Shown here piece after piece: positions 17,643-26,976 of a DNA stretch of 64,000 nt; within the stretch, counting starts at the first letter, position 1; every line of letters starts with the position of its first letter. Origin of the DNA: an uncultured Bacteroidales bacterium (lineage in GTDB: Bacteria; Bacteroidota; Bacteroidia; Bacteroidales; F082); assembly GCA_900315175.1 (NCBI GenBank), contig OMYA01000011.1:64-64063 (forward strand), read 5' to 3'. Made by a program: the position numbers and the translations under genes. A model generated the notes under the pieces. That model was not told the DNA's origin and did not search any database. It saw only the letters and a program-made list of their open reading frames with translations.

Positions 17643-17650
17643 CAAAAATA
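17643..17650 (-). promoter_or_regulatory. -7 promoter motif TAnnTTTG
   Basis: TATTTTTG on minus strand, 15 nt before ftsX ATG. Confidence 0.45.
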
Positions 17651-17663
17651 AACAAAATTATCG

Positions 17664-17671
17664 TAATTTTG
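17664..17671 (+). promoter_or_regulatory. -7 promoter motif TAnnTTTG
   Basis: TAATTTTG, 17 nt before ATG 17689. Confidence 0.45.
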
Positions 17672-17688
17672 CAAAAAAAATTATCAAC

Positions 17689-18966
17689 ATGAATAGACTT
17701 ACATTTGTTTTTTTATCAACAATTCTATTATTCTTAGGATTTGAAGTAAAAGGTCAGGTTGAATATGACAAATATTTTACTGACAGCCAGTTACGAATTG
17801 ATTATTATCTTTTCGGAAATGCCGACACTGCCATGTATGCGCTCGACAAACTCGTGAAAGAGCCGAAATGGGGAGGTCCTCGTGCGCAACTTGTCGACAA
17901 TATGAATTATGGAAGATATCATTTTGAGGTGACGCTGCATGACTCAGATGTAGTGCTTTATTCGCATGGTTATTGCCTGCTTTTCGGCGAGTGGCAGACT
18001 TCCGACGAGGCTCAAAAAATCAGCAAAGGATTTCATGAGTCGGTTGTGATGCCGTTTCCGAAAGAGCTTGTGGATGTCGCGTTTTACGCAAGAGATGAAC
18101 ATGGCGAGTATGTTGAACACATGAAAATAACCGTCGACCCGAAGGATTATTTCATCATGCCGGCGCCGAAGCTGCCTTATGCCATTTATAAGGTTTACGG
18201 CGATTATCCTGTTGAAAACGCTGTCGACATTGTGCTTCTTCCTGACGGCTATACCGAGCAGGAGATGGGTAAATTCATCAACGACTGCCAGTTTTTTGTA
18301 AAGAGCCTGTTCAGCTACGCCCCGTACAACCGCTATCAGGACCGTTTCAACATCCGTGCCGTGATGGTGCCTTCACAAGACTCCGATATCACCATGCCAG
18401 GCGACAAACTTTATCGTAACACCGCTCTGAGCTGCGCTTTCTGGACCTTCGACAGTGAACGCTACTGCATGACATATGATAACGAGACAATGAAAACTCT
18501 CGCCGGACAAGTGCCTTACGACCAGATTTATATCCTCGCAAACACCAAAAAATACGGCGGTGGAGGCATTTTCAACTCATATTGCGTGAGCACAACCGGC
18601 AACTCATATTCTTCAGACGTCATCATCCATGAGTTCGGTCACGGTTTCGCAGGCCTCGCCGACGAATATGCCTACGACGGCTCCGACAGCTACGACATCA
18701 CCATCGAGCCTTGGGAACCTAACATCACCACAATGGTGAACTTCGAATCAAAATGGAAGGACATGCTCGGCAAGAAAACGCCGGTTCCTACACCTGTCGA
18801 CAAAAAATACGAAAACACCGTCGGCGTGTACGAAGGTGCCGGCTACCAATTACATGGCATCTACCGCCCGATGATCGACTGCTTAATGAATACGTTCAAT
18901 GGCGACAAGTTCTGCCCAGTGTGCGAACGCGCCATCGAACGTATGATTAAATACTATACCGAGTAA
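17689..18966 (+). CDS. M64-family (IgA-peptidase-like) zinc metallopeptidase
   Basis: Signal peptide; IIHEFGHGFAGLADEY zinc motif; start set at MNRLTF (ATG 17689). Confidence 0.8.
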   Translation: MNRLTFVFLSTILLFLGFEVKGQVEYDKYFTDSQLRIDYYLFGNADTAMYALDKLVKEPKWGGPRAQLVDNMNYGRYHFEVTLHDSDVVLYSHGYCLLFGEWQTSDEAQKISKGFHESVVMPFPKELVDVAFYARDEHGEYVEHMKITVDPKDYFIMPAPKLPYAIYKVYGDYPVENAVDIVLLPDGYTEQEMGKFINDCQFFVKSLFSYAPYNRYQDRFNIRAVMVPSQDSDITMPGDKLYRNTALSCAFWTFDSERYCMTYDNETMKTLAGQVPYDQIYILANTKKYGGGGIFNSYCVSTTGNSYSSDVIIHEFGHGFAGLADEYAYDGSDSYDITIEPWEPNITTMVNFESKWKDMLGKKTPVPTPVDKKYENTVGVYEGAGYQLHGIYRPMIDCLMNTFNGDKFCPVCERAIERMIKYYTE

Positions 18967-18969
18967 TCG

Positions 18970-20235
18970 TCATTGTTTCACGATTTTCCTCGTGACCACG
19001 TTTCCGGTTTTAGTTAAAAACTGCATCATGTAAATCCCTGATTGTAAATCAGTTACACGGATTTCTTCCATATTTGTCGATATGGATTTCACGCGTTTTC
19101 CTACAAGGTCGTAGATTTCGCATGATGTCACATCACCAACCACAAACACTTTGTCGACAACAGGGTTTGGATAAACCATAACCATGTCGGGAAAATCAGT
19201 GATAATATCTTCGATTCCAAACATTGTGTTACCGAACACAGGGTAGCCGTCGTTGGTATTGTCCTCGTCATAAGCCCAAACATCGGTGTCGTTATTAAGT
19301 ATGTTGACAAACTCGTGTGAACGCATAAACTCAGCTGTCTGAGGCTCACCATATTCATTAGTTTGCGCAATACAGCCTTCAAGATAATGGCAATTTGTGA
19401 CACTTCCGCCCGATGGCTTGTTTCCGACGATGGCACCTACGTTTGTTGAGTTTTCATTATACGAAACCTCTCCAACATTATAGCAGTTCTTGAGTTGATA
19501 TCCTCTTCCAGCGATACCGCCAATCATATTTTCTCCCTTAATAGTTCCAATGTTATAGCAGTTTTCTATGACTCCATTCATGCCAGCGATACCACCAACG
19601 CCATTCTTTCCGGTGATATTTCCGAGATTCGCGCAGTTTGTCATATAAGGAGATCCAAAGGCTGATATACCGGCACTTGCATTATTATCTGATTCAATAT
19701 AGACATCGGAAATACAATACTCAAAATTGCCATTTTTACCTGAAAAACCTCCTGATATTTTACTATTTACGATCGAACCTTCCAGATAAAGATTTTTTAC
19801 TACCGCATCTAAACCGAGCTCCGCAAAAAATCCGACATACGTTGAAACCCATATAGAATTATTGTCACTAACGGCATTGTCATTGTCGATATATATACCT
19901 GTGATCTTATGAAAACCGCCGTCGAAAACACCGTCAAAGGATTTTTTAGAATATGCTGACGGTCCAGCTCCTATCGGAATCCATTGGTTGTCAACGCTTC
20001 CGTCAAGATCGATATCGGTGGTGAGGAGGAAATGCTTGTCTTTTGTCCAAATGGAATAATCCCAGTTGACGACATATACGAGCCACGCAAATTGTTGGGC
20101 GTTTTCGATGAGATAAGGGTCGTTTTCGGTACCCGCTCCGTTTATTATGGCTTCACGCTTTCCGTCCCAGACACTCTGGGCTGTTACATTCATCGCAAAG
20201 ATGAGAAATAACACTATATATGATATCTTTTTCAT
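18970..20235 (-). CDS. GLUG-motif repeat protein with T9SS C-terminal sorting domain
   Basis: Repeats ..NC.N.G.I.G..GVGGIAG / MIGGIAG / VGAIVG; C-terminus VYPNPVVDKVFV...SGIYMMQFLTKTGNVVTRKIVKQ. Confidence 0.7.
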   Translation of the reverse strand: MKKISYIVLFLIFAMNVTAQSVWDGKREAIINGAGTENDPYLIENAQQFAWLVYVVNWDYSIWTKDKHFLLTTDIDLDGSVDNQWIPIGAGPSAYSKKSFDGVFDGGFHKITGIYIDNDNAVSDNNSIWVSTYVGFFAELGLDAVVKNLYLEGSIVNSKISGGFSGKNGNFEYCISDVYIESDNNASAGISAFGSPYMTNCANLGNITGKNGVGGIAGMNGVIENCYNIGTIKGENMIGGIAGRGYQLKNCYNVGEVSYNENSTNVGAIVGNKPSGGSVTNCHYLEGCIAQTNEYGEPQTAEFMRSHEFVNILNNDTDVWAYDEDNTNDGYPVFGNTMFGIEDIITDFPDMVMVYPNPVVDKVFVVGDVTSCEIYDLVGKRVKSISTNMEEIRVTDLQSGIYMMQFLTKTGNVVTRKIVKQ

Positions 20236-20246
20236 AGCCTTAAGAT

Positions 20247-21776
20247 TTATTTGTTATTTAAATTATTCAAGAAATAATCTTTGATATATGTTGCCCAGAT
20301 ATCCATTTCATCGGTATTGAAAGGTACTGATAACCAACATGTTATATAGGCTCTGTCTATCACCTGGACAGTTCCGCTTCCGAATGTGAACGGTCCTGAC
20401 GATGCCAGTCCACGGCGGTCGCCAGGTGTATTCGGTTGACCATTATCTCCTGTTTCTTCGCTCCAATAAAATCCATTCTGGTTATAGCCACCGTTAGGTA
20501 TCACGCCACCGGTACCCCAGTTATACGGATCGGAATCGTATGGGAACATGAACTTACACGCAGGACCGACGACGCCAGGCAGTCCTTCGACGCCATTGCC
20601 GCCATACTGTATTGGGGTGCCATTTCTCCATTTAGCTTGCATAAAATTATAATAATCAATAGCTTCTGAAGGATCGCCATAGATAGCACTATTGTTGCTA
20701 TGATAAACAAAAGTCGTCATGCCAAGACGTTCATTATCAATGATTCCGTCGCCAAAGCCGAGACCGTTAATGCTTTCGTCTACAATCTGATTACCGTCAG
20801 AATCGTATTTTGGGTTGTCGATACCGTCAGCGTTCATTGTCGGACCGCCAAGAATCATGATAATCTGTGATGGAGGGTTAGGGCCGTATGCCTCCGGTTG
20901 GCCGTTACCGTCGATAGGACTGCCGTTATAGCCATAATAATACCCGTTTTTAACATTACAGCCGTTATAATCATCGCGGGCATATCCGATGTCGTAGTCG
21001 GTCCAGTAGCCCACATAAACATCGTGATAGTCGATGGCCGAGCGGTTGTAGATCCACTGGCGCATGAAGAGGGTGTTGTTCAGTATCTCATCATCAGGGG
21101 CGTTGAAGCCGTAAAGCATGCAATGAATCTCAATTCCAAGAGGTTCGCCGCCCGTTTCGTTATGTTCAACAACGCCATTTTGATTATAATCGTAGTTATC
21201 GTTATAGATGCAATAAAGCGCCATATCGCCAAGGATATCAGGATAGTCGCCGTTGCGAGGGTTGTAGATGCCGTCGCTGTCAACATCAACAAAAGGAGCA
21301 AGGAATTCAGCGAAGCCGTCATCGACGTTGCCATGAGCGGGCCATGTGAGTATATCCTCAGCGATATCGCCGTTTGGATTTGCAATAAGTGCTTCAATAT
21401 CAGCGCGTGACACCTTCCACACATGATGATAATCCATCACGGTGAAGATATCTGTTGAAGCATTGGTAACACGAAGCGGACCCGACCAGAAGTCTTCGCC
21501 GACCTGGTTAAAACGCACCGCTGCCAGGTGGAGGTTGTCGTCGGCATCGAGACCGCCTATCCACAAGGTGTTTTGGTAGATTGTAGATTTAATGTCATTT
21601 GAAGGCACATAGTAGCCTTGTTCGCTATTCTCACCTCCTCTCATTCTGAAGAAGGTACCGGTTCCGTACAATGTGGTTCTCACATTGTTGATGTCGATCT
21701 CGGCTCCCGGATGCCACTGAGCCGTCATTTCAAACGCTGCCACGAGCGCCGCAATGAAAAGTACAAATTTTTTCAT
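20247..21776 (-). CDS. secreted protein, function unknown
   Basis: Start set at MKKFVLFIAALVAAFEMTAQ (ATG 21776); Asp/Asn/Gly/Tyr-rich; no CTD recognised. Confidence 0.55.
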   Translation of the reverse strand: MKKFVLFIAALVAAFEMTAQWHPGAEIDINNVRTTLYGTGTFFRMRGGENSEQGYYVPSNDIKSTIYQNTLWIGGLDADDNLHLAAVRFNQVGEDFWSGPLRVTNASTDIFTVMDYHHVWKVSRADIEALIANPNGDIAEDILTWPAHGNVDDGFAEFLAPFVDVDSDGIYNPRNGDYPDILGDMALYCIYNDNYDYNQNGVVEHNETGGEPLGIEIHCMLYGFNAPDDEILNNTLFMRQWIYNRSAIDYHDVYVGYWTDYDIGYARDDYNGCNVKNGYYYGYNGSPIDGNGQPEAYGPNPPSQIIMILGGPTMNADGIDNPKYDSDGNQIVDESINGLGFGDGIIDNERLGMTTFVYHSNNSAIYGDPSEAIDYYNFMQAKWRNGTPIQYGGNGVEGLPGVVGPACKFMFPYDSDPYNWGTGGVIPNGGYNQNGFYWSEETGDNGQPNTPGDRRGLASSGPFTFGSGTVQVIDRAYITCWLSVPFNTDEMDIWATYIKDYFLNNLNNK

Positions 21777-21829
21777 ACCATTTATTTTTATGTAGGGAGG
21801 GGTCATGCCCTCTCCGTACAGGTTGTCAT

Positions 21830-22681
21830 TCATTTCTTATAAACATCATCTTCGGTTAAAATCCCTAAGAATATCGCTCTTGCGACGAGTGCCGACGCCT
21901 TGTTGTCGCCATTGTTTATTCTGTCTGCTAACGATTTCTGTAGGTTCTGAATCGACTTTATCTGCGAGTCGTCGGCTTTGCCGTAGATGCGGTTTGCCAC
22001 CTGAATGGCTGTCTCACCACGCGCAAGCCCTATCAAAAGCTCGCGTTCACGCATGGTGACATCATAGTGCATGCACTGTTTCAGGCTATAGAAATTCTGT
22101 TGCACATAATCGGATGCCGACTCAACTATCGTCTGTATCACCGGATGGTTGAAATAATAACGTTCGCCGCGTTCCAGACATGCTATAGCACGCGTAAAGT
22201 TCTCAATCTCAAAGCCCTCGGTGGCGTTTTTGCTAACAAAAGCCTTTGCTCCGGCAACAAGCGAATCGACAATAACCTTGTTTATATCCTTAATCTTTTG
22301 TTCGCGATTTATCTCATCTTCTGCAGGATAGTCGAAGCGTGAGGTGATTATAACTATCTGAATGTCACCGCCTTCCTGATTGGTGTAGCCGCCTCCCAAA
22401 ATCTCACGCGTCAGAGTGATGCCTCCAGTAGGCTCAGCCTGACTAGGAAACTGCATGTCAACCAAGGCGTAATCAGGTTTCTCATTTTCAGGATTGTCGA
22501 GAAAATCAAAGAGTTCGGCTTTGGTGCCAAATGTTCCCAAAAGACGAATCTCCTTGGTGTAAAAAGTGCCGTCTTTGGCAGCAACGGTAATCTCCTGCTT
22601 ATTGTGAGAAAACTCATAAGCTATTGATTTTCTAATCAATGACTCGTCGTCAATAACAATTATGTTTATATAGTTGCGCAT
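21830..22681 (-). CDS. response regulator with LuxR/GerE-type HTH output
   Basis: Receiver features IIVIDDE, ALVDMQFP, VIITS, AKAFVSK with a long insertion; C-terminal ERELLIGLARGETAIQVANRI. Confidence 0.7.
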   Translation of the reverse strand: MRNYINIIVIDDESLIRKSIAYEFSHNKQEITVAAKDGTFYTKEIRLLGTFGTKAELFDFLDNPENEKPDYALVDMQFPSQAEPTGGITLTREILGGGYTNQEGGDIQIVIITSRFDYPAEDEINREQKIKDINKVIVDSLVAGAKAFVSKNATEGFEIENFTRAIACLERGERYYFNHPVIQTIVESASDYVQQNFYSLKQCMHYDVTMRERELLIGLARGETAIQVANRIYGKADDSQIKSIQNLQKSLADRINNGDNKASALVARAIFLGILTEDDVYKK

Positions 22682-24798
22682 AATATGAAATGTATTTTTG
22701 TTCCTTTGTTAACTTCGCTTTCGACCCATATTTTACATCCTCTCCGGGTCTCGTCGTCATGTTTTTTTATGATATAGGCACATAACATCAAGCCGAAGCC
22801 GTGATGCCCGACGCCATTTGAGTTTTCAATGAGTTTGTCGGAGCGGAAAAGCTCATCGAGACGTTCTTTCGGAATACCGCATCCGGTGTCCTCAACGGTT
22901 ATTTGAATAAAATTCTTGTCTTTTTCATATTTCTTTGCGCTCACCTTTACAAAACCCTTGTTGGTGTAACGTAACGCATTGTTTATCAAGTTTCTAAGCA
23001 TGATTTCAACAAGGTTTTTGTCTCCCCAAACCAAACATGGCGCATCACAGAAAATAAGATTGACTTTATTAGGATTTGTTATGCCTTTCGCAACTTGTTC
23101 AAAGACATCGTTCAGCACAAAACTTGTTTTTTTGAAAGGCAATCCGTTAGGTGTGGAAATGTTTATCCAACGCATTGTGTTGTTCAAAGTCACAATAAGC
23201 TTCTGCAACGCGTCGTGTTTTATCTCATCCGGAACGTTATCACGCTGCAAAAACATGATATAAGGCGACATGTCGTGACGGAAAATCGACAGACATGTCT
23301 CCACGTTGGCAATGCGTTCAAGGTCGAGCTGCTTTTGCTTTTTCAAAAGCCGGTTGTTGCGATGAGCATATCTGAAAAACACGTAAATAGTAGCAAAAGC
23401 TATGAAAAGCAGAATTATTGACAAGAACAGATAAGTCATTTTTTTCTTGTTTTCTTTGTCAACCGAACGCAATTCCATATAATTGAAATCGTATTTTTCC
23501 TTTTCAAAGGCCTTAAACGACTCGCTCTGATACATTGAAAACCAATTAGTTAGAATTTCAGGATTGTCGGATGCCTGAGATCTGATAAGTCCGATATAAA
23601 CACGCTCAGCCATCTTTGAAGTGGTGTTTTTAAACTTATAAGCTGCAGGTATATCAGGGTTTTCGTTAGCATTTATCGAATCCATGAAATTTTTCGCAAA
23701 AATAAGATACGGACGCGCTTCCTCAAGCTTTCCATCACGGATGTAATAATCAGAAATCATTGATTTTGAAGCGATTATCTGATATGGATTCCTTATCTCC
23801 ATGAAAAGACTGTCGGCATGAAGAAGGATATTCATCTTCAAATCATTATCAAAAACACCGGGACTTATCTGATATTTTACTCCAAATTTTTCAGAATTTT
23901 TCTTGATAATCAATAAGATATGATTCAAATCATCTTCAAATACATCATAGTCATGATTTCTGTTTTTATCGTTTATCAATCCTGCCAAAGTTTGAAGGTT
24001 ATTTGCCAAATCATAATTGCTAACTATTTGATTATAATTCATTAACTCCAAACTTTTTGTCAAATAGTCAATGGATTTTTTATAATAAAACACATTTTTA
24101 CCTTCTTCATTAAGATAAAAATTAGTGATATGGGCAAGTATCTGGCATGCCTCTGTCAAGGCGTAATAAAGAGTGTAAGCTTGTGTATTATCAACCATAA
24201 GTTGTTGATTAACATTATCTTGTTCAATTTCATTCAATGTTTTTAAAAGCTCGTTATACTGATATTTTCCATCACGGTAAAAGCAGTTAAGGAATAATTT
24301 TGTTACATAATACTGGCTTTTGGCCCAATAACAAAGGGTATCGTGGATTTTATGGTTACAAGTGCATTTCTTAAGAAGCTCGTCAGCTTCCCATGAAGCA
24401 CGCAGACGCATCCTCATTTTTGCGTTTATGATGTTGGCAATATTCGTTTCAACATCCTTATTCGGATATGACTCATCGATTTTATAAATTTGATTTAAGC
24501 TTTTATTGGCTTTTTCAAAATCTGAAAGCAAAAAATTATCGTAAGCTATTGAATTTAAAGCTCTTGCAAGATTATCGTAATAAAAATCGGAATGATTATC
24601 AATCAAATTGACAGAATCTTTATAAAGCAGATTTAAAGCCGAATCGGCATATTGCAATGATAATTTTGTATTATAAAGACGTTCATTAAACGCTTGATTA
24701 TTAAGGTGTTTTATACTAATTTGATAATCAGACAAAACATCATCATGAGCGCATGAAACCACCAATAAAGAAATCAATGCAAGTAAAATTTTTCTCAT
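22666..24798 (-). CDS. sensor histidine kinase with lipobox signal, TPR-like periplasmic domain and one TM
   Basis: LVVSC lipobox, TM YLFLSIILLFIAFATIYVFF, H-box FRHDMSPY, N-box NLINNALRYT, G-boxes EDTGCGI and GFGLML; overlaps the regulator gene by 16 nt; visibly AT-rich. Confidence 0.8.
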   Translation of the reverse strand: MRKILLALISLLVVSCAHDDVLSDYQISIKHLNNQAFNERLYNTKLSLQYADSALNLLYKDSVNLIDNHSDFYYDNLARALNSIAYDNFLLSDFEKANKSLNQIYKIDESYPNKDVETNIANIINAKMRMRLRASWEADELLKKCTCNHKIHDTLCYWAKSQYYVTKLFLNCFYRDGKYQYNELLKTLNEIEQDNVNQQLMVDNTQAYTLYYALTEACQILAHITNFYLNEEGKNVFYYKKSIDYLTKSLELMNYNQIVSNYDLANNLQTLAGLINDKNRNHDYDVFEDDLNHILLIIKKNSEKFGVKYQISPGVFDNDLKMNILLHADSLFMEIRNPYQIIASKSMISDYYIRDGKLEEARPYLIFAKNFMDSINANENPDIPAAYKFKNTTSKMAERVYIGLIRSQASDNPEILTNWFSMYQSESFKAFEKEKYDFNYMELRSVDKENKKKMTYLFLSIILLFIAFATIYVFFRYAHRNNRLLKKQKQLDLERIANVETCLSIFRHDMSPYIMFLQRDNVPDEIKHDALQKLIVTLNNTMRWINISTPNGLPFKKTSFVLNDVFEQVAKGITNPNKVNLIFCDAPCLVWGDKNLVEIMLRNLINNALRYTNKGFVKVSAKKYEKDKNFIQITVEDTGCGIPKERLDELFRSDKLIENSNGVGHHGFGLMLCAYIIKKHDDETRRGCKIWVESEVNKGTKIHFILCATI

Positions 24799-24817
24799 AG
24801 GATAAGTTTTAACATTG

Positions 24818-24825
24818 CAAAATTA
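24818..24825 (-). promoter_or_regulatory. -7 promoter motif TAnnTTTG
   Basis: TAATTTTG on minus strand, 19 nt before ATG 24798. Confidence 0.45.
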
Positions 24826-24868
24826 CAAGTTATTTATGAATCTGTCAATTCCTAAAACCCTAAAACAG

Positions 24869-26068
24869 TTAGTAATTTAGGAAAAACTTTTTAGTGTGGA
24901 TATTTCCGTTTTTTGTAAAAAATCGAACGATGTAAATTCCTGATTCTAAATTATTTACAAGGATTTCGTCCACATTTTTCCATATATTTTTTTCTTTATG
25001 GACAAGATTTCCAAACGTGTCGAACACCTCAAAATACACGATTTCATCATCGGAAGGCTCCATTTCTTCAACAGAATCGTATAACAGTCCGGCGGCATGG
25101 GCGACGCAAGCCAAATTAAGTTTTGTAAATGTGACCGACTGTTCCCAATTGTTCACGCTCAATCCTATAATGTCGTTGACTGTATGGATATAAGGTGACA
25201 GATAATAAACGTTTTCGCTTGGTGAAATTGCCTGATATCCATTGCGGTTGAATGAAGAATAGTCGGTGTCGCCTGCCAGAAGCCAAGCCCTATTGATAAC
25301 CACATCCGGCAAATAGGTGTTTCCAACCTGTTTTGTAAAGTCTCCGAGCAAGGAATCGCAATCTGTATATAAAAGGTGTATGCAGATATCATTTCCGGGC
25401 GCGACATAGCCAGTCATGTCGAGGTTAAAATAGGCGACGATATCCAAGCTGTCGTTTCTACAGTATTTGGCATACTCACTACTGCCGCAAAGTCCAAATT
25501 CTTCGGCATTCCATGAAGCAAAAATTATTGAACGTTCAAATTCGTAATTGCTTAATATTCTTGCAGTTGTAAGAATTCCGGCAACACCTGTGGCATTGTC
25601 ATCGGTGCCGGGCGAGACCAGTGTATCGGGATTGAAGTCACCTTCGGTCACGACATACGAATCATAGTGGGCGCCGCAGACTACAAACTCATTTGGATAT
25701 TTTTTACCAATTTTCAAGGCCAGGACGTTAGGGGCGGTATTGAATGGTCTTGGAACCGTATCCCAGAACGGAATCGGGTCAAAATTATGGAAATACAGGC
25801 TGTCGATGTTCATTTTTTGGTACTCGGAAGCGAGCCAATCCTTCACATTATATATATGAACCGCATCAGCACGCCTGTTTATGTATGAACTCAGATGCTC
25901 GACATCGCTAATTATTTGATTTTCATCAACTTGGCTTAACATTTCCAAAACTTTTGCATCTTGAGCATTTACATCTGGAAAAGTATGTTGATAAAGATGG
26001 TATGGCAGCTGCGAACGGCATACCAAAGATGATATTATTATAAAAAATGTTAAACAAATTTTTTTCAT
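24869..26068 (-). CDS. M28-family aminopeptidase with T9SS C-terminal sorting domain
   Basis: GTDDNATGVAGIL...NAEEFGLCGS...DMTG metal-ligand pattern; C-terminus LESGIYIVRFFTKNGNIHTKKFFLNY. Confidence 0.8.
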   Translation of the reverse strand: MKKICLTFFIIISSLVCRSQLPYHLYQHTFPDVNAQDAKVLEMLSQVDENQIISDVEHLSSYINRRADAVHIYNVKDWLASEYQKMNIDSLYFHNFDPIPFWDTVPRPFNTAPNVLALKIGKKYPNEFVVCGAHYDSYVVTEGDFNPDTLVSPGTDDNATGVAGILTTARILSNYEFERSIIFASWNAEEFGLCGSSEYAKYCRNDSLDIVAYFNLDMTGYVAPGNDICIHLLYTDCDSLLGDFTKQVGNTYLPDVVINRAWLLAGDTDYSSFNRNGYQAISPSENVYYLSPYIHTVNDIIGLSVNNWEQSVTFTKLNLACVAHAAGLLYDSVEEMEPSDDEIVYFEVFDTFGNLVHKEKNIWKNVDEILVNNLESGIYIVRFFTKNGNIHTKKFFLNY

Positions 26069-26082
26069 GGCATTATTTTTTG

Positions 26083-26090
26083 CAAAGATA
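26083..26090 (-). promoter_or_regulatory. -7 promoter motif TAnnTTTG
   Basis: TATCTTTG on minus strand, 14 nt before ATG 26068. Confidence 0.45.
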
Positions 26091-26464
26091 TGATTTTTAA
26101 TTTTTGTCTTACTATCTTGTTCATAATTAATAAAAAAGGAATAGATAAAAAATCAGATAATAAAGCCTTTGTTGATAACTCTTTAAGTGCTTAAAAATCA
26201 TTCTCATAAGATGTTGAAAAGTGTTGATTTTACTGTCAAATTCAAAGAAATAACTTCTCAAAACTTTCAAAAATTTTCAGTTATTAACAGCCAAAATTTT
26301 TTATAAATTTTTATTAAAATTTTATTAACAAACCAACCTTAATTTTTGTTGATAATTTTTTAATTTTTGATTATCAAACAGATACAAATTTTGTAAAAAA
26401 AATGGCATTTTTATAACTGATTAAAAATTAACGAAAAAGAGATTTTACGTAAAACAATTTTTTT

Positions 26465-26472
26465 TATTTTTG
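26465..26472 (+). promoter_or_regulatory. -7 promoter motif TAnnTTTG
   Basis: TATTTTTG, 24 nt before rpiB ATG. Confidence 0.45.
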
Positions 26473-26496
26473 TAAAAAATTTTCAACATTTGTGAT

Positions 26497-26931
26497 ATGA
26501 ATCAAATTATTCCTATAGCATCAGATCATGGTGGATACGCTATGAAGCAGTATCTTATTGATAAACTTAAAGATAGCGGTTATGAGGTGAAGGATTACGG
26601 TTGTCATTCATCGGAAAGTGTCGATTATCCGGATATGATTCATCCTTTGGCTCAGGATATTCAGGACGGAAAATATCCTCTTGGAATCATTTTGTGCGGA
26701 AGCGGCAACGGCGCCCAGATGACTGCCAACCACCATCCGCATGTTCGCGCTGCTCTTTGCTGGAATGTTGAACTCGGAAAGCTCGCCCGTCAGCATAACA
26801 ATGCGAATATTCTGGCTTTGCCTGGCCGTTTTATCAGCAACGAAATGGCTTGGGATATTGTGAAAGCATATTTAACAACTGATTTTGAGGGCGGAAGACA
26901 TTTGAATAGGATTAATAAAATTGATATATAA
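26497..26931 (+). CDS. rpiB: ribose-5-phosphate isomerase B
   Basis: IASDHGGY...ILCGSGNG..M.ANH...RAALCW... typical RpiB/LacAB pattern, 144 aa. Confidence 0.9.
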   Translation: MNQIIPIASDHGGYAMKQYLIDKLKDSGYEVKDYGCHSSESVDYPDMIHPLAQDIQDGKYPLGIILCGSGNGAQMTANHHPHVRAALCWNVELGKLARQHNNANILALPGRFISNEMAWDIVKAYLTTDFEGGRHLNRINKIDI

Positions 26932-26940
26932 TTATTGATT

Positions 26941-26967
26941 GAGATTCCTCGACAAGCTCGGAATGAC
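26941..26967 (+). repeat. repeat family B, half copy
   Basis: gagattcctcgacaagctcggaatgac between rpiB and the LutB-like gene. Confidence 0.6.
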
Positions 26968-26976
26968 AAGTAAAGT

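Noticed and set aside
26349-26377. TTGATAAT-N13-ATTATCAA as a specific operator
   Set aside because: An 8-bp A/T-only inverted repeat in a 428-bp AT-rich region is plausible by chance. It is mentioned only within the intergenic-region finding.
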